A DNA stretch of 64,000 nt from Squalus acanthias (GCA_030390025.1 JASTWF010000034.1:1860001-1924000); one strand, 5' to 3'. Shown: positions 48,955-63,320, counted from the stretch's first letter. Notes: generated by a model not told the origin, from the sequence alone. Program-made: numbers and translations.

Positions 48955-51895
48955 CAGTCTGGAAGGCAGAGCAAATATGTAACGGCACAAGGGAGTATGG
49001 CAAGGCTAAATGGCATTTATTTTAGTGCAAGGAGTCTTACGTGTAAGGCAGATGAATTGAAGGTGTTGATGAACACATGGGAGGATGATATTGTTGCTAT
49101 CACAGAGATATGGTTGAGGGAGGGGCAGGACTGGCAGCTCAATATACCAGGGTATAGAATCTTCAGGCGAGACAGAGGGAGGTGTAAAAGAGGAGGGGTG
49201 TCGCAATATTAATCAAGGAGTCAATTACTGCAGTAAGAAGGGATCATATCTTCGCAGGTTCCTCTAATGAGACCATAAGGGTAGAACTTAAAAACAAAAA
49301 GGGGGCAAACACTTTGCTGGGAGTGTACTATAGGCCCCCAAACAGTCAGAGGGAGATAGAAGAACAGATATGTAGGCAAATCTCAGAGAAATGTAGAAAT
49401 AATAGTGTAATAATAGTCGGGGATTTTATCTTCCCCAATATTAACTGGGATTGTCAGAGTGTGAAAGGCTTAGACGGTGCGGAATTCTTAAAGTGCATCC
49501 AGGAGAGCTTTTTAAGAAAGCATGTAGAAAGTCCTACAAGAGAGGGGGCGGTACTGGACCTAATTCTAGGGAATGTAGCCGGGCAAGTGGTAGAAATGTC
49601 ATTAGGAGAGCATTTTGGTGACAGTGACCATAATTCGGTAAGATTTAAGGTCGTCATGGAAAAGGACAAAGATGGACTGGAAATACTGGTTCTAAATTGG
49701 GGGAAGGCCGATTTTAATATGACAGGCAGGATCTGGCCAATGTGGACTGAGTAAAGCTACTTGTAGGAAAATCCACATCGGAGCAGTAGGAGTCATTCAG
49801 AAAGGAAATAGAGAGAATACAGCGCCAACATGTTCCCGTAAAGGTCAAGGGTGGGACCAGCAAGTCCAGGAAACCCTGGATGTCAAGGGATAAAGAAGAA
49901 TGGATTAGGAAAGAAAGGGAGGCTTTTGGCAGATACAAAGTACTAAAAACAGTGGAAGCCCTAGAGGAGTAAAGAAAGTCCATGGGGGTACTTAAAGAAC
50001 AAATTAGGAGAGCGAAGAGGGGGCATGAAAAAACACTGGCGGGAAAAAATAAAGAAAAATCCCAAGGTTTTATTTTAAGTATATTAAGGGCAAGAGGATA
50101 ACCAGGGAAAGAGTAGGGCCCATTAGGGACCAAAGTGGCAATCTGTGTGTATAACCGAAAGATGTAGGTGAGGTTTAAAATTAATATTTTGCATCTCTGT
50201 TCACTATGGAGAAGGACGATGTAGGCATAGAAATCAGGCAGCGGGATTGTGGTATACTTGAACAAATTAGCACTGAGAGGGAGGCGGTGCTGGTGGTTTT
50301 AGCGGGCTATAAATGTGGATAAATTCCCAGGCCCAGACGAGATGTATCCCAGGCTGCAGTGTGAGGCAAGGGAGGAGATTGCAGGGGCTCTGACATAAAT
50401 TTTCAGAACCTCTCTGGCCACAGGGGAGGTGCCAGATGACTGGAGAACAGCTAACGTAGTACCATTATTCAAGAAGGATAGTAATGATAAACCAGGGAAT
50501 GACAGGCCAGTGAGCCAAACATCAGTGGTAGGGAAATTATTGGAAAACATTCTGAGGGACAGAATTAGTCTCCACTTGGAGAGGCAAGAATTAATCAAGG
50601 ATAGTCAGCATGGCTTTGTCAGGGGGAGATCATGTCTAAACAATTTGATTGAATTTTTCGAGGGGGTGACTAGGTGTATGGATGAGGGCAGTGCAGTTGA
50701 AATGTCTACATGGATTTCCGTAAGGCTTTTGCCAAAGTCCTGCATGGGAGACTGAACAAGAATGTAACTGCCCATGGGATCCAGGGCAATTTGGCACATT
50801 GGATCCAAAATTGGCTTAGTGGCAGGAGGCACAGTGTGATGGTCGAAGGTAGTTTTTGTGACTAGAAGCCTGTCTCCAGTGGTGTACCGCAGGGATCGGT
50901 GCTGGGTCCCTTGCTGTTTGTAGTGTAAATTACTGATTTAGATATGAATGTAGGAGGTATGATCAGTAAGTTCGCAGATGACACGAAAATTGGTGAAGTA
51001 GTAAATAGCGAGGAGGGAAGCCTCAGGCTACAGGACGATATAGACGGGTTGGTCAGATGGGCAGAACAGTGGCAAATGGAATTTCACCCTGAAAAATGTG
51101 AGGTGATGCATTTTTGGAGGACTAACATGCCAAGGGAATAAACAATGAATGGTATGACCCTAGGAAGGGCAGATAATCAGAGGGACCTTGGTGTGCATGC
51201 ACATAGATACATGAAGGCAGCAGGAGAGGTAGATAATGTGTTTAAAAAGGCATATGGGATACTTGCCTTCATTAGCCGAGGCATAGAAGATAAGAGCAGA
51301 GAGGTTATGATGGAGCTGTACAAAACGCTAGTTAGGCCACAGCTGGAATATTGTGTGCAGTTCTGGTCACCACACTATAGGAAGGATGTGATTGCATTGG
51401 AGAGGGTGCAGAGGAGATTCACCAGGATGTTACCTGGGCTGGAGCGTTTCAGCTATGAAGAGAGACTGGACAGGCTGGGGTTGTTTTTCTTAGACCATAG
51501 AAGGCTGAGGGGGGACCTGATTGAGGTGTACAAAATTATGAGGGGCATAGATAGGGTAGATAGAAAGGACATTTTCCCCTTAGTAAAGGGGTCACTAACC
51601 AGGGGGCATAGTTTCAAGGTAAGTGGCAGGAGGTTTAGAGGGGATTTGAGGAAACCCTTTTTCACCCAGAGGGTGGATGGAATCTGGAACTCACTGCCTG
51701 AAAGGGTGGTAGAGGCAGCAACACTCACAAAATTCAAGAAGCATTTAGATGAGCACTTGAAACGCCATAGCAGACAAGGCTACGGACCAAGTGCTGGAAA
51801 ATGAGATTATAATAGATAGGGCTTGATGGCCGGCGCAGACATGATGGGCCGAAGGGCCTCTTTCTGTGCTGTATATCTCTATGACTCTATGACTA
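48955..51895 (+). mobile_element. CR1 LINE (whole ORF2, decayed), copy 1 of a tandem triplication
   Basis: Endonuclease motifs (ITE.WL, YYRPP, GDF, DSDH) and RT motifs ([17 protein letters not shown]), with a (CTATGACT)n tail. Confidence 0.95.
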
Positions 51896-53530
51896 TTCTC
51901 TGTGTCTGGGCCTCAGTATCCCACCGAATGAGAGCAACTGACATACCACAGGCCGGAATGGAGTCTGAGCCTTTCCTACTCTGTGTGTGGGCCTGAGTAC
52001 CTCACCGACTGTGAACAACTGACAGACCACAGGCCGGGATTGGAGTCTGAGCCTTTCCTACTCTGTGTGTGGGCCTGAGTACCTCACCGACTGTGAACAA
52101 CTGACAGACCACAGGCCGGGATTGGAGTCTGAGCCTTTCCTACTCTGTGTGTGGGCCTCAATACCTCATCGACTGTGAACAAGTGACACACCACAGGCCG
52201 AGAATGGAGCCTGGGCCAGCCTTCAGCGTGTGTGGGCGTCGGTACCACACCGAATGATAACAAGTGACACACCACACACTGGGAATGGAGCCTGGGCCTT
52301 CGTTCTCTGTGTTAGGGCCTCAGTACCTCTTTGACTGTGAACAACTGACATACCACAGGCCGTGAATGGAGCCTGGACCCAAATTTCACTGTGTGTGTGG
52401 CTCAGTAACTCACCGACTGTGAACAAGTGACACACCACAGAACGGGAATGGTGTCTGAGCCCTCCCTTCTCTGTGTGATCCTCAGTGCCTCATCCACTGT
52501 GAACAAGTGACACATCACAGGCCGGGAATGGAGCCTGACCCCTCCCTTCTCTGTGTGTGGGGCTCAGTACCTCACCGACTGTGAACAACTGACACACCAC
52601 AGGCCGGGAATGGGGCCTGGGTCCACCCTTCTCTGTGTGTGGGGCTCAGTACCTCACCGACTGTGAACAACTGACACACCACAGGCCGGGAATGGAGCCT
52701 GAGCCCTCCCTTCTCTGTGTGTGGGCCTCATTCCCGCACCAAATGAGAACAACTGACACACCACAGACCGGGAATGGAGCCTGAGCCCACCCTTCTCAGT
52801 GTGTGGGCCTAATTACCACACCGAATGAGAACAACTGACACACTACAGGCCGGGAATGATGCTTGGATACTTCCTTATGTGTGTGTGTGCCTCAGTACCT
52901 CAGCGAATGAAAGCAACTGATATACCACAGGTCGGGAATTAGCCTGGGCCCTTCCTTCTTTGTGTGTGGGGCTCAGTACATCATCGACTGTGAACAACTG
53001 ACATACCACAGTTCGGGAATTTAGCCTGGGCCCTTCCTTCTCTGTGTGTGGGTGTCAATACCTCAGCGACTGTAAACAATTAACACACCACAGGCCGGGA
53101 ATGGAGCCTGAGTCCGTTCTTCTCTTTGTGTGGGCCTCAGTACCTCAACGACAGTGAACAACTGACACACCACAGGCCGGGTATGGAGCCTGGGCCCTTC
53201 AATCTCTGTGTGTGGGGCTCAGTAACTCAACAAATGAAAACAACAGACATACCACAGTCCGTGAATGGAACCAGAGACTTCCCTTCTCTGTGTGTGGGCC
53301 TCAGTACCACACCGAATGAGAACAACTGACATACCATGGGCCGGAAATGGAGCCTGAGCCCTTCCTTCTCTGTTTGTGGTCCTCAGTACCTCACCGAATG
53401 TGGACAATTAACAAAGCACTGGCCGGGAATGGAGCCTGTGCCCTCCATTCTCTGTGTGTGGGCCTCAGTTCCTCAGCAACTGTGAAGAACTGACATACCA
53501 CAGCCCGGGAATGGAGCCTGTGCGCTCCCT
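51895..53530 (+). repeat. ~82-bp satellite block
   Basis: Same unit as 47691-48950. Confidence 0.95.
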
Positions 53531-53534
53531 TCTT

Positions 53535-56412
53535 TCAGTCTGGAAGGCAGAGCAAATATGTAACGGCACAAGGGAGTATGGCAAGGCTAAATGGCATTTA
53601 TTTTAGTGCAAGGAGTCTTACGTGTAAGGCAGATGAATTGAAGTTGTTGATGAACACATGGGAGGATGATATTGTTGCTATCACAGAGATATGGTTGAGG
53701 GAGGGGCAGGACTGGCAGCTTAATATTCCGGGGTATAGAATCTTCAGGCGAGACAGAGGGGTGTGTAAAAGAGGAGGGGTGTCGCAATATTAATCAATGA
53801 GTCAATTATTGCAGTAAGAAGGGATCATATCTTCACAGGTTCCTCTAATGAGACCATAAGGGTAGAACTTAAAAACAAAAAGGGGGCAAACACTTTGCTG
53901 GGAGTGTACTATAGGCCCCCAAACAGTCAGAGGGAGATAGAAGAACAGATATGTAGGTAAATCTCAGAAAAATGTAGAAATAATAGGGAAATAATAGTCG
54001 GGGATTTCAACTTCCCCAATATTAACTGGGATTGTCAGAGTGTGAAAGGCTTAGACGGCGCGGAATTCTTAAAGTGCATCGATGAGAGCTTTTCAAGGCA
54101 GCATGTAGAAAGTCCTACAAGAGAGGGGGCGGTACTGGACCTAATTCTAGGGAATGTAGCCGGGCAAATGGTAGAAGTGTCGTTAGGAGAGCATTTTGGT
54201 GACAGTGACCATAATTCGGAAAGATTTAAGGTAGTCATGGAAAAGGACAACGATGGACTGGAAATAATGGATCTAAATTGGGGGAAGGCCGATTTTAATA
54301 TGACGGGCAGGATCTGGCCAATGTGGACTTGGTACAGCTACTTGTAGGAAAATCCACATCGGAGCAGTGGGAGTCATTCAGAAACGAAATAGAGAGAATA
54401 CAGCGCCAACATGTTCCCGTAAAGGTTAAGGGTGGGACTAAAAGTCCAGGAAACCCTGGATGTCAAGGGATAAAGAAGAATGGATTAGGAAAAAAAGGGA
54501 GGGTTTTGGCAGATACAAAGGACTAAAAACAGTGGAAGTCCTGGAGGAGTATAGAAAGTGCAGGGGGGTCATTAAAAAAGAAATTAGGAGAGCGAAGAGG
54601 GGGCATGAATAAACACTGGCTGGCAAAATAAAGGAAAATCCCAAGGTGTTTTATAAGTATATTAAGGGCAAGAGGATAACCAGGGAAAGAGTAGGGCCCA
54701 TTAGGGGCCAAAGTGGCGATCTGTGTGTAGAGCCGGAAGATGTAGGTGAAGTTTTAAATGAATATTTTGCATCTGTGTTCACTATGGAGAAGGACGATGT
54801 AGGCATAGAAATCAGGCAGGGGGATTGTGATATATTTGAACAAATTAGCATTGAGAGGGATGCGGTACTAGTGGTTTAAGCGGGCTTAATAGTGGATAAC
54901 TTCCCAGGCCCAGACGAGATGTATCCCAGGCTCCTGTGTGAGGCAAGGGAATAGATTGCAGGGGCTCTGACACAAATTTTAAGAACATCTCTGGCCACAG
55001 AGGAGGTCATGATGCGGAGATGCCGGTGTTGGACTGGGGTGGACAAAATTGAGAGGTCGCACAACACCAGGTTATAGTCCAACAGTTTTATTTGAAATCA
55101 CAAGCTTTCGGAGCTATCGATTGCTCGATGCACAGAGGAGGTGCCAGAGGACTGGAGGTCAGCTAACGTAGTACCATTATTCAACATGAATAGTATGGAT
55201 AAACCAGTGAATTACAGGCCAGTGAGCCAAACATCAGTGTTAGGGAAATAATCGGAAAAAATTCTGAGGGACAGAATTAGTCTCCACTTGGAGAGGCAAG
55301 GATTAATCAAGGATAGTCAGCATGGCTTTGTCAGAGGGAGATCATGTCTAAAGAATTTGATTGAATTTTTCGAGGGGGTGACTAGGTGTGTGGATGAGGG
55401 TAGTGCAGTTGATGCAGTCTACATGGATTTCAGTATGGCTTTTGCCAAAATTCCGCATGGGACCCAGGGCAATTTGTCACATTAGATCCAAAATTGGCTT
55501 AGTGGCATGAGGCAGAGTGTGATGGTCGAAGGTTGTTATTTTGACTGGAAGCCTGTCTCCAGTGGTGTAACGAAGTGAACGGTGCTGGGTCCCTTGCTGT
55601 TTGTAGTGTAAATTACTGATTTAGATATGAATGTAGGAGGTATGATCAGTAAGTTCGCAGATGACACGAAAATTGGTGGAGTGGTAAATAGCGAGGAGGG
55701 AAGCCTCAGGCTACAGGACGATATAGGCGGGATGGTTAGATGGGCAGAACAGTGGCAAATGGAATTTAACCCTGAAAAATGTGAGGTGATGCATTTTGGG
55801 AGGACTGACAAGGCAAGGGAATAAACAATGAATGGTAGGACCCTAGGAAGCACAGAGGATCAGAAGGAACGTTGTGTGCACGTACATAGATCCCTGAAGG
55901 CAGTAGGACAGGTAGATAAGGTGGTTAAGAAGGCAAAAAGGATAATTGCCTTCATTAGACGAGGCATAGAATATAAGAGCAGGGAGGTTATGATAGAGTT
56001 ATACAAAACGCTAGTTAGGCCACAGCTGCAATACTGTGTGCAGTTTTGGTCGCCACACTATAGGAAGGATGTGATTGCATTAGCGGGGGTGCAGAGGAGA
56101 TTCACCAGGATGTTACCTGGGCTGGAGCGTTTCAGCTATGAAGAGAGACTGGACAGGCTGGGGTTGAGGAAAACCTTTTTCAACCAGAGCGTGTTTGGAA
56201 TCTGGAACTCACTGCCTGAAAGGGTGGTAGAGGCAGGAACCTTCACAACTTTCAAGGAGCATTTAGATGAGATCTTGAAACACCATAGCATACAAGGCTA
56301 CGGACCAAGTGCTGGAAAATGGGATTATAATAGATAGGGCTTGATGGCCGGCGCAGACACGATGGGCCGAAGGGCCTCTTTCTGTGCTGTATAACTCTCT
56401 GACTCTATGACT
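53535..56412 (+). mobile_element. CR1 LINE copy 2, with a Penelope-like insert at 55008-55130
   Basis: Same 5' junction as copy 1. Carries internal deletions shared with copy 3. Confidence 0.95.
55008..55130 (-). mobile_element. Penelope-like terminal-repeat fragment truncated inside its hammerhead
   Basis: Flanked by a 12-bp direct repeat CACAGAGGAGGT. Overlaps in sequence with the insert at 59939-60219. Confidence 0.7.
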
Positions 56413-58460
56413 ATTCTCTGTGTGTGGGCCTCAGTATCCCACCTAATGAGAGCAACTGACACACCACAGGCCGGGAATGGAGTCTGAGCCTTTCCTACTC
56501 TGTGTGTGGGCGTCTGTACCACACCGAATGATAACAAGTAACAAACCACACGCTGGGAATGGAGCCTGGGCCCTTCTTTCTCTGTGTGAGGGCCTCAGTA
56601 CCTCATTGACTGTGAACAACTGACATACCACTGGCCGTGAATGGAGCCTGAGCCCATCCTTCACTGTGTGTGGGGCTCAGTGCCTCATCGACTGTGAACA
56701 AGTGACACACCACAGGCCGGGAATGGAGCCTGGGCCCTCCCTTCTCTGTATGTGGGCCTCATTAACACACCAAATGAGAACAACTGACACACCACAGACC
56801 GGGAATGGAGCTTGAGCCCACACTTAACTGTGTGTGGGCCTCAGTACCTAACCGACTGTGAACAACTGACATACCAGAGGCCGGGAATGAAGCCTGAGCC
56901 CACCCTTCTCAGTGTGTGGGCCTCATTACCACACCGAATGAGAACAACTGACACACATCAGACCGGGAATGAAGCTTGGACACTCCCTTCTCTGTGTGTG
57001 GGCCTCAGTACATCACCGACTGTAAACATTTAACACACCACAGGCCGGGAATGGAGCCTGGGCCCTCACTTCACTGTGTTTCGGGCTCAGTACCTCAGCG
57101 AATGAGAACAAATGACACACCACAGGCCGGGAATGAAGCTTGGACACTTTCTGCTGTGTGTGTGCCTCAGTACCTCAGCGAATGAAAGCAACTGATATAC
57201 CACAGGTCGGGATTGGCGCCTGGGCCCTTCCTTCTTTGTGTGTGGGGCTCAGTACCACACCGACTGTGAACAAATGACACACCGCAGGCCGGGTATGGAG
57301 CCTCACCCCTTCCTTCTCCGTGTGTGGGCCTCAATACCTCACCGACTCTGAACAACTGACATCCTACAGGCCGAGAATGGAGCCTGATCCCACCCTTCTC
57401 TGTGTGTGGGCCTCATTACCATACCGAATGAGAACAACTGACAAACTACAGGCCGGGAATTGATCCTGAGCCCTTCCTTCTCTGTGTGTGGGCCTCATTA
57501 CCATACCGAATGAGAACAACTGACAAACTACAGGCCGGGAATTGATCCTGAGCCCTTCCTTCTCTGTGTGTGGGCCTCATTACCATACCGAATGAGAACA
57601 ACTGACATCCTGCAGGTCGAGAATGGAGCCTGATCCCACCCTTCTCTGTGTGTGGGCCTCATTACCATACCGAATGAGAACAACTGACACACCACAGACC
57701 GGGAATGGAGCCTGAGCCCACCCTTCTCAGTGTGTGGGCCTAATTACCACACCGAATGAGAACAACTGACACACTACAGGCCGGGAATGATGCTTGGATA
57801 CTTCCTTATGTGTGTGTGTGCCTCAGTACCTCAGCGAATGAAAGCAACTGATATACCACAGGTCGGGAATTAGCCTGGGCCCTTCCTTCTTTGTGTGTGG
57901 GGCTCAGTACATCATCGACTGTGAACAACTGACATACCACAGTTCGGGAATTTAGCCTGGGCCCTTCCTTCTCTGTGTGTGGGTGTCAATACCTCAGCGA
58001 CTGTAAACAATTAACACACCTCAGGCCGGGAATGGAGCCTGAGTCCGTTCTTCTCTTTGTGTGGGCCTCAGTACCTCAACGACAGTGAACAACTGACACA
58101 CCACAGCCCGGGTATGGAGCTTGGGCCATTCAATCTCTGTGTGTGGGGCTCAGTAACTCAACAAATTAAAACAACAGACATACCACAGTCCGTGAATGGA
58201 ACCAGAGACTTACCTTCTCTGTGTGTGGGCCTCAGTACCACACCGAATGAGAACAACTGACATACCATGGGCCGGAAATGGAGCCTGAGCCCTTCCTCCT
58301 CTGTTTGTGGTCCTCAGTACCTCACCGAATGTGGACAATTAACAAAGCACTGGCCGGGAATGGAGCCTGTGCCCTCCATTCTCTGTGTGTGGGCCTCAGT
58401 TCCTCAGCAACTGTGAAGAAATAACATACCACAGCCCGGGAATGGAGCCTGTGCGCTCCC
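56412..58460 (+). repeat. ~82-bp satellite block
   Basis: Same unit. Confidence 0.95.
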
Positions 58461-58464
58461 TTCT

Positions 58465-61400
58465 TTCAGTCTGGAAGGCAGAGCAAATATGTAACGGCAC
58501 AAGGGAGTATGGCAAGGCTAAATGGCATTTATTTTAGTGCAAGGAGTCTTACGTGTAAGGCAGATGAATTGAAGTTGTTGATGAACACATGGGAGGATGA
58601 TATTGTTGCTATCACAGAGATATGGTTGAGGGAGGGGCAGGACTGGCAGCTTAATATTCCGGGGTATAGAATCTTCAGGCGAGACAGAGGGGTGTGTAAA
58701 AGAGGAGGGCTGTCGCAATATTAATCAATGAGTCAATTATTGCAGTAAGAAGGGATCATATCTTCACAGGTTCCTCTAATGAGACCATAAGGGTAGAACT
58801 TAAAAACAAAAAGGGGGCAAACACTTTGCTGGGAGTGTACTATAGGCCCCCAAACAGTCAGAGGGAGATAGAAGAACAGATATGTAGGTAAATCTCAGAA
58901 AAATGTAGAAATAATAGGGAAATAATAGTCGGGGATTTCAACTTCCCCAATATTAACTGGGATTGTCAGAGTGTGAAAGGCTTAGACGGCGCGGAATTCT
59001 TAATGTGCATCGATGAGAGCTTTTCAAGGCAGCATGTAGAAAGTCCTACAAGAGAGGGGGCGGTACTGGACCTAATTCTAGGGAATGTAGCCGGGCAAAT
59101 GGTAGAAGTGTCGTTAGGAGAGCATTTTGGTGACAGTGACCATAATTCGGAAAGATTTAAGGTAGTCATGGAAAAGGACAACGATGGACTGGAAATAATG
59201 GATCTAAATTGGGGGAAGGCCGATTTTAATATGATGGGCAGGATCTGGCCAATGTGGACTTGGTACAGCTACTTGTAGGAAAATCCACATCGGAGCAGTG
59301 GGAGTCATTCAGAAACGAAATAGAGAGAATACAGCGCCAACATGTTCCCGTAAAGGTTAAGGGTGGGACTAAAAGTCCAGGAAACCCTGGATGTCAAGGG
59401 ATAAAGTAGAATGGATTAGGAAAAAAAGGGAGGGTTTTGGCAGATACAAAGGACTAAAAACAGTGGAAGTCCTGGAGGAGTATAGAAAGTGCAGGGGGGT
59501 CATTAAAAAAGAAATTAGGAGAGCGAAGAGGGGGCATGAATAAACACTGGCTGGCAAAATAAAGGAAAATCCCAAGGTGTTTTATAAGTATATTAAGGGC
59601 AAGAGGATAACCAGGGAAAGAGTAGGGCCCATTAGGGGCCAAAGTGGTGATCTGTGTGTAGAGCCGGAAGATGTAGGTGAAGTTTTAAATGAATATTTTG
59701 CATCTGTGTTCACTATGGAGAAGGACGATGTAGGCATAGAAATCAGGCAGGGGGATTGTGATATATTTGAACAAATTAGCATTGAGAGGGATGCGGTACT
59801 AGTGGTTTAAGCGGGCTTAATAGTGGATAACTTCCCAGGCCCAGACGAGATGTATCCCAGGCTGCTGTGTGAGGCAAGGGAATAGATTGCAGGGGCTCTG
59901 ACACAAATTTTAAGAACATCTCTGGCCACAGAGGAGGTAAAATTGAGAGGTCGCACAACACCAGGTTATAGTCCAACAGTTTTATTTGAAATCACAAGCT
60001 TTCGGAACTATCGCTCCTTCCTCAGGTGAAGTAAATTGGATACAGAATCGTCAGAGCATATATAGATGGAAAAAAAAGCATGTGTACTTTACAATTGCAG
60101 ACCAATAAATTAAATCATCCTGACTATCTGCCGAGGTGTGATAAAGTTAATTAAGTCAGCCAGGAAGGTACCACATCAAAAGACATAGCAAGATACAACT
60201 GAGACAATGAGGTGAAGTCACAGAGGAGGTGCCAGAGGACTGGAGGTCAGCTAACGTAGTACCATTATTCAACATGAATAGTATGGATAAACCAGTGAAT
60301 CACAGGCCAGTGAGCCAAACATCAGTGTTAGGGAAATAATCGGAAAAAATTCTGAGGGACAGAATTAGTCTCCACTTGGAGAGGCAAGGATTAATCAAGG
60401 ATAGTCAGCATGGCTTTGTCAGAGGGACATCATGTCTAAAGAATTTGATTTAATTTTTCGAGGGGGTGACTAGGTGTGTGGATGAGGGTAGTGCAGTTGA
60501 TGCAGTCTACATGGATTTCAGTATGGCTTTTGCCAAAATTCCGCATGGGACCCAGGGCAATTTGTCACATTAGATCCAAAATTGGCTTAGTGGCATGAGG
60601 CAGAGTGTGATGGTCGAAGGTTGTTATTTTGACTGGAAGCCTGTCTCCAGTGGTGTAACGAAGTGAACGGTGCTGGGTCCCTTGCTGTTTGTAGTGTAAA
60701 TTACTGATTTAGATATGAATGTAGGAGGTATGATCAGTAAGTTCGCAGATGACACGAAAATTGGTGGAGTGGTAAATAGCGAGGAGGGAAGCCTCAGGCT
60801 ACAGGACGATATAGGCGGGATGGTTAGATGGGCAGAACAGTGGCAAATGGAATTTAACCCTGAAAAATGTGAGGTGATGCATTTTGGGAGGACTGACAAG
60901 GCAAGGGAATAAACAATGAATGGTAGGACCCTAGGAAGCACAGAGGATCAGAAGGAACGTTGTGTGCACGTACATAGATCCCTGAAGGCAGTAGAACAGG
61001 TAGATAAGGTGGTTAAGAAGGCAAAAAGGATAATTGCCTTCATTAGACGAGGCATAGAATATAAGAGCAGGGAGGTTATGATAGAGTTATACAAAACGCT
61101 AGTTAGGCCACAGCTGCAATACTGTGTGCAGTTTTGGTCGCCACACTATAGGAAGGATGTGATTGCATTAGCGGGGGTGCAGAGGAGATTCACCAGGATG
61201 TTACCTGGGCTGGAGCGTTTCAGCTATGAAGAGAGACTGGACAGGCTGGGGTTGAGGAAAACCTTTTTCAACCAGAGCGTGTTTGGAATCTGGAACTCAC
61301 TGCCTGAAAGGGTGGCAGAGGCAGGAACCTTCACAACTTTCAAGGAGCATTTAGATGAGATCTTGAAACACCATAGCATACAAGGCTACGGACCAAGTGC

Positions 61401-61500
61401 TGGAAAATGGGATTATAATAGATAGGGCTTGATGGCCGGCGCAGACACGATGGGCCGAAGGGCCTCTTTCTGTGCTGTATAACTCTCTGACTCTATGACT
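58465..61500 (+). mobile_element. CR1 LINE copy 3, nearly identical to copy 2, with a Penelope-like insert at 59939-60219
   Basis: ORF-track peptides are almost identical to copy 2 at offsets of 4931 and 5088 bp. Confidence 0.95.
59992..60029 (-). ncRNA. Intact minimal type I hammerhead ribozyme motif in a Penelope-like insert
   Basis: The minus strand reads UCAC-CUGAGGA-A-GGAGC-GAUA-GUUCC-GAAA-GC-UU-GUGA. All core nucleotides, 4-bp stem I, 5-bp stem II and palindromic AGCU stem III are present. Confidence 0.75.
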
Positions 61501-63320
61501 ATTCTCTGTGTGTGGGCCTCAGTATCCCACCTAATGAGAGCAACTGACACACCACAGGCCGGGAATGGAGTCTGAGCCTTTCCTACTCTGTGTGTGGGCG
61601 TCTGTACCACACCGAATGATAACAAGTAACACACCACACGCTGGGAATGGAGCCTGGGCCCTTCTTTCTCTGTGTGAGGGCCTCAGTACCTCTTTGACTG
61701 TGAACAACTGACATACCACTGGCCGTGAATGGAGCCTGAGCCCATCCTTCACTGTGTGTGGGGCTCAGTGCCTCATCGACTGTGAACAAGTGACACACCA
61801 CAGGCCGGGAATGGAGCCTGGGCCCTCCCTTCTCTGTATGTGGGCCTCATTAACACACCAAATGAGAACAACTGACACACCACAGACCGGGAATGGAGCT
61901 TGAGCCCACACTTAACTGTGTGTGGGCCTCAGTACCTAACCGACTGTGAACAACTGACATACCAGAGGCCGGGAATGAAGCCTGAGCCCACCCTTCTCAG
62001 TGTGTGGGCCTCATTACCACACCGAATGAGAACAACTGACACACATCAGACCGGGAATGAAGCTTGGACACTCCCTTCTCTGTGTGTGGGCCTCAGTACA
62101 TCACCGACTGTAAACATTTAACACACCACAGGCCGGGAATGGAGCCTGGGCCCTCACTTCACTGTGTTTCGGGCTCAGTACCTCAGCGAATGAGAACAAA
62201 TGACACACCACAAGCCGGGAATGAAGCTTGGACACTTTCTGCTGTGTGTGTGCCTCAGTACCTCAGCGAATGAAAGCAATTGATATACCACAGGTCGGGA
62301 TTGGCGCCTGGGCCCTTCCTTCTTTGTGTGTGGGGCTCAGTACCACACCGACTGTGAACAAATGACACACCGCAGGCCGGGTATGGAGCCTCACCCCTTC
62401 CTTCTCCGTGTGTGGGCCTCAATACCTCACCGACTCTGAACAACTGACATCCTACAGGCCGAGAATGGAGCCTGATCCCACCCTTCTCTGTGTGTGGGCC
62501 TCATTACCATACCGAATGAGAACAACTGACAAACTACAGGCCGGGAATTGATCCTGAGCCCTTCCTTCTCTGTGTGTGGGCCTCATTACCATACCGAATG
62601 AGAACAACTGACAAACTACAGGCCGGGAATTGATCCTGAGCCCTTCCTTCTCTGTGTGTGGGCCTCATTACCATACCGAATGAGAACAACTGACATCCTG
62701 CAGGTCGAGAATGGAGCCTGATCCCACCCTTCTCTGTGTGTGGGCCTCATTACCATACCGAATGAGAACAACTGACAAACTACAGGCCGGGAATTGATCC
62801 TGAGCCCTTCCTTCTCTGTGTGTGGGCCTCATTACCATACCGAATGAGAACAACTGACATCCTGCAGGTCGAGAATGGAGCCTGGTCCCTCCCTTCTCTG
62901 TGTGTGGGCCTCAATACCTCACCGACTCTGAACAACTGACATCCTACAGGCCGAGACTGGAGCCTGATCCCACCCTTCTCTGTGTGTGGGCCTCATTACC
63001 ATACCGAATGAGAACAACTGACAAACTACAGGCCGGGAATGTAACCTGAGCCCTTCCTTCTCTGTGTGTGGGCCTCAGTACCTCACCGACTCTGAACAAC
63101 TGACATCCTACAGGCCGAGAATGGAGCCTGATCCCACCCTTCTCTGTGTGTGGGCCTCAGTACCATACCGAATGAGAACAACTGACATCCTGCAGGCCGG
63201 GTATGGAGCCTGGTCCCTTCCTTCTCTGTGTGTGGGCCTCAGTACCTCACCGACTCTGAAGAACTGACATCCTGCAGGCCGAGACAGATGCTGATCCCAC
63301 CCTTCTCTCTGTGTGGATCT
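61500..63320 (+). repeat. ~82-bp satellite block
   Basis: Same unit. Confidence 0.95.
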
